Virus record (IMG/VR): IMGVR_UViG_3300043783_000043
Coordinates: 1 to 51,778 of that record
Reading direction: 5' to 3' (one strand)
Origin: a virus
Taxonomy: Duplodnaviria > Caudoviricetes
DNA: 51,778 bases
The translations under genes and the position numbers were made by a program. Positions 46,701 to 51,778 of this stretch are shown here, piece by piece. Within the stretch, counting starts at the first letter, position 1. Every line of letters starts with the position of its first letter. The notes beneath the pieces were generated by a model. The model saw only the letters and a program-made list of their open reading frames with translations. It had not been told where the DNA came from and did not search any database.

Positions 46701-47791
46701 GCAGTGACAAAATCGCGACTGATCTTGTACTTGCTAAGTAAGCCCTTGACTTCGTCAGCACCGAGCTGTCCGGTAACGGTTTTGATTTGATCAGGCGACG
46801 CGGTGTTCCACGTTTTGCCGAAATTGTTAATGTCCTTCGAACCGGGCGGTCCTTGTACGCCTTGCTGATCGCCATAGCCAGGCAATGTCACAGCCTTGAA
46901 ACCGGGCACTTGTTCGCTGTTGCTGAACTGGTAGCTACCTTCGATGCGGCCGGCGACCTTTTCATCCGTGATCGGCACAGCCTGCCCGAGTTGGTTTTGC
47001 CGTACAAAAAAGTTGCTCACCATGCGATCAGCGTTGCTATACTTTGCTGTGATCGCTGCGCCGCTGCGTTTCCAGTCATCGACCTTCTGCGGCACTTGGC
47101 CGGGCTTAAGGCCGATGGAGCCCCAATCTTGGTCGCTAAGGCCGTTACGTACAGAATCGTATGCTTGCTGATCACGGTGCTGCGCCGCCGCATTGAGTGC
47201 AGTCAGACCTTGCTGCACAACGCCGATATGCTGTTGCAATTTCCCGATCGCTTCTGGCGCATACAAGTTCGCTCGCGCCGCCCATTCGGGTGATGTGCCC
47301 TGCAGAGCGAGATAAGCGTTGTAACTACCTTCCTCTTTCCACTGCCGCAGTTGCTCGTTAGCGAGGGTATCGTCGGTAGCCGCTGCACCGAACTGTCCGG
47401 GATTGCGCAATCCCTGATTCACGGCACGTTGCTGTATGTCGATTTGATGCTGTTTTTGTTGCTGAATGGCAAGCCATTTTTCTGCAATTTGGGGGATGGC
47501 CTGCCGCGCTTCGTCAGCACCGCCGAATATTTGCGCCCATGGATTGGTAGCGATCCACTGTGCCCGCTCACTTTGCTGGCGCAACTGATTCGCGGCAGCG
47601 TCAAGCGGCGATGAGTTAGGAGGTGCAGGATCGTAGCGCGGGCCAAAAAGACTGCCATGAGGGCCGAGGAACGAGCCGCCAAAACCGCTGCTTTGCGGCT
47701 GCTGGTCACTGTTTTGCGGGGGCGCCGGCGGTTGCTGATCGCCGCTAAAGTTCAACCCGCTGCCGAATTGCCCGCTATCGCCATCCGCCAT
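43784..47791 (-). CDS. Large DNA ejection/internal virion protein with lysozyme/transglycosylase-like domain
   Basis: 1335 aa Ala/Gly/Gln-rich; IQMESGF...YVGLGQW...YLMHQQG; Gly-zipper segment. Confidence 0.8.
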   Translation of the reverse strand: MADGDSGQFGSGLNFSGDQQPPAPPQNSDQQPQSSGFGGSFLGPHGSLFGPRYDPAPPNSSPLDAAANQLRQQSERAQWIATNPWAQIFGGADEARQAIPQIAEKWLAIQQQKQHQIDIQQRAVNQGLRNPGQFGAAATDDTLANEQLRQWKEEGSYNAYLALQGTSPEWAARANLYAPEAIGKLQQHIGVVQQGLTALNAAAQHRDQQAYDSVRNGLSDQDWGSIGLKPGQVPQKVDDWKRSGAAITAKYSNADRMVSNFFVRQNQLGQAVPITDEKVAGRIEGSYQFSNSEQVPGFKAVTLPGYGDQQGVQGPPGSKDINNFGKTWNTASPDQIKTVTGQLGADEVKGLLSKYKISRDFVTAANNPDLYKSAAGMAYLSDALGAVGRDVAEGTKAAGSIGLTKMLEAKYGNIDKARNTIANETAALKEWFGKPASQRAAPPSIEGIKAVANFNHQELVKEASERLSQPFKTAGRYGMNLEDLGLSKELTGDPQLLATYNSAVANSKREIAGYPMVAVGDRRVMLPTGSSIPGATTAAPVQQPSSPPAAGNPSTMGATGGTFGPAAGGGPTRPDGTPSPPVGGSTPGRSGLPPGMKLDNPQALDAAANRTIQMESGFKPNQKTGSYVGLGQWSKGEMLSHGITDPDDVEQTRTALKTDMQTRAAKLTKDGFPATAANVYLMHQQGEAGLEAHLHNPDGVAWQNLKPYYRTDSLAKQAVWGNMTPTMRAAAGGDVNKVTSGDFTRLWEARYNGTDAPTGAAAGARMLASGSTEAPPLSANQRAPRMTEAEAISKNYGEMPWYKRVAAGLLFGRDAEGGVEATKQYGPEGGSIVGAMAGGMAGPAGVVGGGAAGGAGGQILKDWFSGNPQNPTEIAKQGALGGVLGVAPEGRPVVGALTRTLGAGAVEGGAKAIEGGDAGDVAEAATQGAAGAGLSEMFGRALGMAGHKVWSMFSPDAQTAIQSAAKKFYDADEVLKTEQPKIAGPTGAAPNPKYDAADKARTEAETVLKDAGLKPDEAAYAHKVTAEGVPQREAEVTRPAAVERARIGAGYQQLEGEMGTGRAFRDPAAVLREAELRPPQGQQTLPDGPIAVARTAKMSPAMQNTAERAEMAVTAPAKDWREKWVQLKDARSALLDLERDAMTSTTAGRTQTAQDYRALADGVRKQQEKAATFAFGDQQGGQMIARLKVLDTRYARLMDATNGMQLDKAAALKGEAGRQADRAFRAFAQNDQSALKAWDAMRVKAGTASAGTEQSILSQIRLENVPGIGKYLAAGKSALDLAGWAREKAAGNPARFEDLVPELAAAKAERTRTGRTVRDLTGYAGARLGVGAMTQ

Positions 47792-47857
47792 TGTGCCAGC
47801 CCCCGCTCATCTAGGGAGCTGATTCGTAGCACAGCCGGCGCAGCTACTCAATCCAGC

Positions 47858-48112
47858 CTATGGCTTGGATATCATCCTCGCAAACCGGCGTTGCAGCTTT
47901 TCATCGGACAGACGCGCAACCGCACAGCCGATGGTAACCGCGTCTTCGTCCCTTGCCCCGCGCAACAGCCAGTCCCGGACGTTGTGATGCGGAATGTGGT
48001 GCATAACGCTTGCATAGGACGGAACGCCCGCAAGTTCCTTTTTGCCCGCGCGCGTCTTCACCCATTTGCGGAGATGCTTGTTTTGCACATGGCGCAAAAG
48101 TTTCCACATCAA
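47858..48112 (-). CDS. Basic hypothetical protein (84 aa)
   Basis: Overlap coupling with 48109..48483. Confidence 0.5.
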   Translation of the reverse strand: MMWKLLRHVQNKHLRKWVKTRAGKKELAGVPSYASVMHHIPHHNVRDWLLRGARDEDAVTIGCAVARLSDEKLQRRFARMISKP

Positions 48113-48483
48113 ATCGGCGCTCCTGGGAGCTTAATTGCGGCCCATTGCTTTAGAGGCGTGACACCCTGATATTGGCCATCCTTGTCCATGGCGCCAATGA
48201 TCAGGATTTGCCGAATGGCGTAGTCCCCATCGCCCATGTGCACAACCTTGACAGCATCCCCGGTTATGTACGCGATCTTGCGGCTACCGCAAGCCTTCTC
48301 TTCCCCGCCGAAATGGGCGTTGGCGTCCTCGATCCATTCGCGATCGCGCTCAAAATCGTTAAATCGCGCTATCAAATACTCAACTTGTGCCTGCGTATCG
48401 CAGTAGACGCCCTGATCATAAGCAACGTCAAGGTTGCTAGCTAGCGTTAGTGAAATGGCAAGCACTGCAGGAGCGAGGATCAT
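48109..48483 (-). CDS. Secreted hypothetical protein (124 aa)
   Basis: N-terminal hydrophobic signal; GVYCDTQAQVE...ACG. Confidence 0.7.
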   Translation of the reverse strand: MILAPAVLAISLTLASNLDVAYDQGVYCDTQAQVEYLIARFNDFERDREWIEDANAHFGGEEKACGSRKIAYITGDAVKVVHMGDGDYAIRQILIIGAMDKDGQYQGVTPLKQWAAIKLPGAPI

Positions 48484-48726
48484 AGGGGCGTCACTTTCCC
48501 TTTACCCGGCATTCCGCCGAGATGATCAGCGGGGTGGGGGGATGTCGAATGGATTCGGCCAAGCTGATGCAGTTGCCGTAGTAGCCCGCCGTGACCTCGA
48601 ACGTGTGGGGGTGACCGAGCCGCAGCATCGTGACCACGAGTACAGATGGCAGAGAAATAAGGGACATGGGCGCGCGATCTCCGGCTGCCTTAGGAAACTG
48701 ATTCGTAGCACAATTGCGACCGACAT

Positions 48727-48990
48727 TCAATCGACCTTGGTCCAGTGCGTCCAAGCCGTCGTCACGGCTCCGTAGTAGCGCGTCAGCTCGCTACCGTCCC
48801 AGCGTACAGTTACCCCGCCGCCATCCGTGTCCGTGACGCTGCCAGCCGTCCCGGCCATGGGATTCGCAATACGGTCGCCCGGTTTCAGCGCAGCAAATTC
48901 CTTGATGTTCATTGCACGATACCCCTCACAAGGTCCGTCACACATGCCGCAGCCATGGTGACCGAAGCACCAGACCGTCCGCTCCCTCAT
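48727..48990 (-). CDS. Small SH3/KOW-like protein (start 48990 or 48912)
   Basis: LKPGDRI...GSVT...VTVRWDG. Confidence 0.6.
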   Translation of the reverse strand: MRERTVWCFGHHGCGMCDGPCEGYRAMNIKEFAALKPGDRIANPMAGTAGSVTDTDGGGVTVRWDGSELTRYYGAVTTAWTHWTKVD

Positions 48991-49184
48991 CTGCGTTCCG
49001 GTATGTATTCGTAGACCATTACACGAAGGCCGGCTTTCCGAATAGCGCTCAAATGCTCGTCAAGGAAACGCGGATCGAAGATTTCGATCCGACGCTTCCG
49101 TACCCAATCCAAGCCGTAGTCGGTATTGCCGTGCACACTTACCCACGGGCGGCCAGGCTTGATGACGATATCAATATCAGTCAT
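48987..49184 (-). CDS. Hypothetical protein (65 aa, MTDIDIV...)
   Basis: ATGA coupling; GAGG SD. Confidence 0.6.
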   Translation of the reverse strand: MTDIDIVIKPGRPWVSVHGNTDYGLDWVRKRRIEIFDPRFLDEHLSAIRKAGLRVMVYEYIPERR

Positions 49185-49492
49185 TCCGGCCTCGTCCAAC
49201 CCGTCAATATCGTGCTCGAAGGCTTCGCAGTCTCTTGACACAAATAGCGCTCGACCAGCGTAGCATAGCCCGCAATGTCGTGCCAATGATCCATGTGATT
49301 GCGATCACCTTCGAGAATGCGCGCGATCTTGTGTTGAATCATTTCCAAGGCTTCGCGCTGATGTGGTGTCAAGCTCTTGTAGTTCGTCGCGCGGCGCATA
49401 ACATCAGATAGCGCTTGCGAGATTTCCGCCTGATCAACGAAAGCGCCGTGCACGGCATGACGCTCCGTTAGCGTTTTGCCAATATCGCTCAT
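49181..49492 (-). CDS. DUF6378-like protein
   Basis: LTERHAVHGAF, REALEMIQHKIARIL...DHWHDIAGYATL. Confidence 0.75.
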   Translation of the reverse strand: MSDIGKTLTERHAVHGAFVDQAEISQALSDVMRRATNYKSLTPHQREALEMIQHKIARILEGDRNHMDHWHDIAGYATLVERYLCQETAKPSSTILTGWTRPE

Positions 49493-49796
49493 TCGTCTCC
49501 CCCGTCGTCTTCCATAATGTCAACGATTGCCTTCATGATGTTTTTCAACTTCGCACCCTCAACGCTGCTTTCCGTAATATCGCCAAGCCGACGACGTACG
49601 CGATCAATCTGCGCCTTCCGCGAACGCCGCGCGTCCGTTTCGGCAGTAGTGCGGCGCTCGCGCATGTCAAAAGTTTTCATGTCAACACATTCCATCCGGG
49701 CTATCGTCGCTGGGAGCGGTGAAAAGTTCCCATACAATCCAGACCACTAACGCGAAAAACAGCACTAGGACTATGCTGGCGATTGTCGCTTGCATG

Positions 49797-50198
49797 TCAA
49801 TAGGCCGCCTTGAAAGCAGGCTCGGGCTTTGTACTGGCAACAGCGACAAGCGCCATGCCTTCCTCGCCGAGCTTCTCCAGCGCAGCCGGCGATTGCAACT
49901 TGAACGCCTTAAGCCCGTACGTGGCGAATGCGAGATCAGCTGCTACAGTTTCGTCATGCCAGAAGCGATGCTTGGCAATCGGCTTGCGCATGGCGCCAGC
50001 GATTGACATGCCATCGGCAATAACGCGCATTTGGATGCGGCTATCGATCACTTCGATGAAGCTAGCCGCAGCCTGCATAGTCTTGGCAAGCGGCACAAGC
50101 TCATTGTCATTGATTGCAGCAACGTCGAGCGCTTGCAGCTCGGACACGATTGCGTCAAGGGCAGATTTCAGTTCAGCGGGGGTCCGGTGGTTTTTCAT
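49797..50198 (-). CDS. Stand-alone paralog of the exonuclease C-terminal domain (133 aa)
   Basis: RFWHDE...YGLKAFKLQSPAALEKLG...FKAAY vs RSWNDD...YGAKAIKPVSPKQAEQLG...LKAFY; conserved leader. Confidence 0.75.
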   Translation of the reverse strand: MKNHRTPAELKSALDAIVSELQALDVAAINDNELVPLAKTMQAAASFIEVIDSRIQMRVIADGMSIAGAMRKPIAKHRFWHDETVAADLAFATYGLKAFKLQSPAALEKLGEEGMALVAVASTKPEPAFKAAY

Positions 50199-50252
50199 GT
50201 CCGATCTCCATCGTTTCGAATGGTGGCGTTCTAGGGTGATTCGCGGCTCGAG

Positions 50253-50405
50253 TCAAGGGCCGTTAATGATCACCATAGCCACAAATGCCACAACAACGAG
50301 CGCACCTGCGACGAGCATGAGCGCCGCTAAAGCGCGAGCTACGTTTGCGCCGAACGCAAATCCGACAAGCGCAATCAAACCAGCCGCAGTCAGAAAATGG
50401 TGCAT
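50253..50405 (-). CDS. Small two-TM membrane protein (50 aa)
   Basis: Conserved leader 50403-50422; hydrophobic. Confidence 0.7.
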   Translation of the reverse strand: MHHFLTAAGLIALVGFAFGANVARALAALMLVAGALVVVAFVAMVIINGP

Positions 50406-50454
50406 GTCACTCTCCAGCGTTTGAATTACGATGGTCGTACGTGTAGCCGGTTGT

Positions 50455-50934
50455 TCAAAGCTTGTCAAGCGTTCGCATTTGGCGCTGTGAATATCTTTTC
50501 GACGCGTCGGTGTCCATGCCGAGCAACCACGCAAGCCGGCCAATCTCGTGCTTTTCGTACTTATTCGCGCAAACCGCGTCCCAATGCGCCACAGCAGCAC
50601 GACCGTTGATCGGCGAGGCCGCAATTGCGATCTTCAGCGCGTAACTAGCCGGTTCATTGCAAGCCGCAACGATCCGCTCTTTGCGTTTCGTGCGTTCAAA
50701 ATCCGTGCGCGCCAGCCGGCTTACCGCAATCAAGTCGTCAATCACGCTTGCAAGCAATCCGCCGCACAATTCCGCTTGTTCGTGCGTTAAGCCGGCATCC
50801 GTACAAGCCGCCGTTAAAGCCGGCGACGTGAACCGTACCAGCTTACTGCGAATAGCCGAACCGTGCCTGCTAACTTGCTCAATTGCATAGCCGGACAGCC
50901 GGGTCGTCAATTGCGTGCTCATGCGATCCGTCAT
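50455..50934 (-). CDS. Hypothetical protein (~160 aa; start uncertain)
   Basis: First gene of the leftward unit. Confidence 0.6.
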   Translation of the reverse strand: MTDRMSTQLTTRLSGYAIEQVSRHGSAIRSKLVRFTSPALTAACTDAGLTHEQAELCGGLLASVIDDLIAVSRLARTDFERTKRKERIVAACNEPASYALKIAIAASPINGRAAVAHWDAVCANKYEKHEIGRLAWLLGMDTDASKRYSQRQMRTLDKL

Positions 50935-51166
50935 AGCCGATCTTGCGCTTTCACACAACTAAGTTTTGCCCCCTCTTTCTTGGCTAGCCCCAGCGTAGCG
51001 GTCGGGGCTAGCCCCCAGGGGGCAGCCCCTCCTCCGGAGGAAGCTATCTGGCATTGCACACCTCTTGACAGCATACATTGCACTGTCCTAAGACCGTACC
51101 ATCAGGGGTCTGTGAGATACCCATGAGACCGCAATTACAACCCCCGGAACCATAGGAGAGCAGAAA

Positions 51167-51682
51167 ATGGGCTTTTTGCGCGGACAGCGGACTGCTGGCG
51201 GATTCCCGCCCAACGGCCAAATGAGCAATCCTGATCCCGGCCGGCACTCCAGGGATGGATGGCAATTCGTCGCAGAGCGCGAAAGCATCCAACTCCAAGG
51301 CAAGCAATACCGGCACATGAAAGAATGGTCGCGACCATGCGCAATCTGCGGCACTCATTTCTCGATCTTTGAGAAGAGCGGCGCTGTGGATGCCAATTCA
51401 CGATTCGGCAACAAGACGTGCGAACACCATCGCGGATTGCTTCCTGCAATGGAAAAAGGCCTGATCAAATGGGATACTGGCACAAAACGATTAGTTGCCG
51501 GCCTCATGCTCGGCACGGACCCTACGCAACCACTCGGCGACATGACCACGGTGGAGCAATTTCAAATGATCAAAAGCACTATGGAACAAGAGATCGCGTG
51601 CCTAAATGAAGACAATACGCGTTTGTTCGCTGAAAACAAACAACTGCGCGCCGAACTCGCTAAACAAAAAGGCCCGTGGTAG
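51167..51682 (+). CDS. Zn-finger plus coiled-coil protein; 3' end lies in the terminal repeat
   Basis: AGGAGA SD; RPCAICG...CEHHR; ends KGPW; TTGACA at 51065. Confidence 0.75.
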   Translation: MGFLRGQRTAGGFPPNGQMSNPDPGRHSRDGWQFVAERESIQLQGKQYRHMKEWSRPCAICGTHFSIFEKSGAVDANSRFGNKTCEHHRGLLPAMEKGLIKWDTGTKRLVAGLMLGTDPTQPLGDMTTVEQFQMIKSTMEQEIACLNEDNTRLFAENKQLRAELAKQKGPW

Positions 51683-51778
51683 TCCTTAGTGATCACAATT
51701 TCGTGATATGCGTATCCTTAAGGACAGGTATGCAAAAATAGTTCTTGCAATCCTTTAGGACTGTGCTAAATTAAGCAT
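51643..51778. repeat. Direct terminal repeat / circular overlap, right copy
   Basis: 135/136 identical to 1..136. Confidence 0.95.

Overview
The window looks like one complete ~51.6 kb tailed (podovirus-like) phage genome: bases 1-136 recur at 51643-51778 with one mismatch. The host is probably a Rhizobiales/Hyphomicrobiales alphaproteobacterium, inferred from an Omp25/RopB-type 'AADMPVK' outer-membrane protein and GCTA-type -10 boxes. Modules: small early genes with a shared 21-nt leader; replication genes (prim-pol/helicase, DNA methylase, SF2 helicase, DUF2800-like exonuclease, SSB, family A polymerase); a virion module broken into opposing blocks (P22 gp4/gp10-like, capsid, portal, GroES, scaffold, ejection proteins); lysis genes; and terminase. 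I saw no integrase, cas genes, reverse transcriptase or tRNA. The strongest observations are: (1) an intein in PolA whose HNH homing endonuclease sits in an overlapping alternative reading frame; (2) a cas-less type I-E CRISPR mini-array whose single spacer matches the next phage gene (26/32, AAG PAM, intact seed, synonymous internal mismatches); (3) about ten fibre/appendage-like and accessory proteins with export signal peptides, including a Tat-type GH29 fucosidase; (4) a recurrent terminal (M/P/V/G)PW(E/D) peptide motif across unrelated proteins, one of which also ends in an FtsZ-tail-like peptide; (5) several DNA motifs and a promoter-proximal stem-closed candidate ncRNA. All product calls come from motif recognition by eye; no database searches were run.
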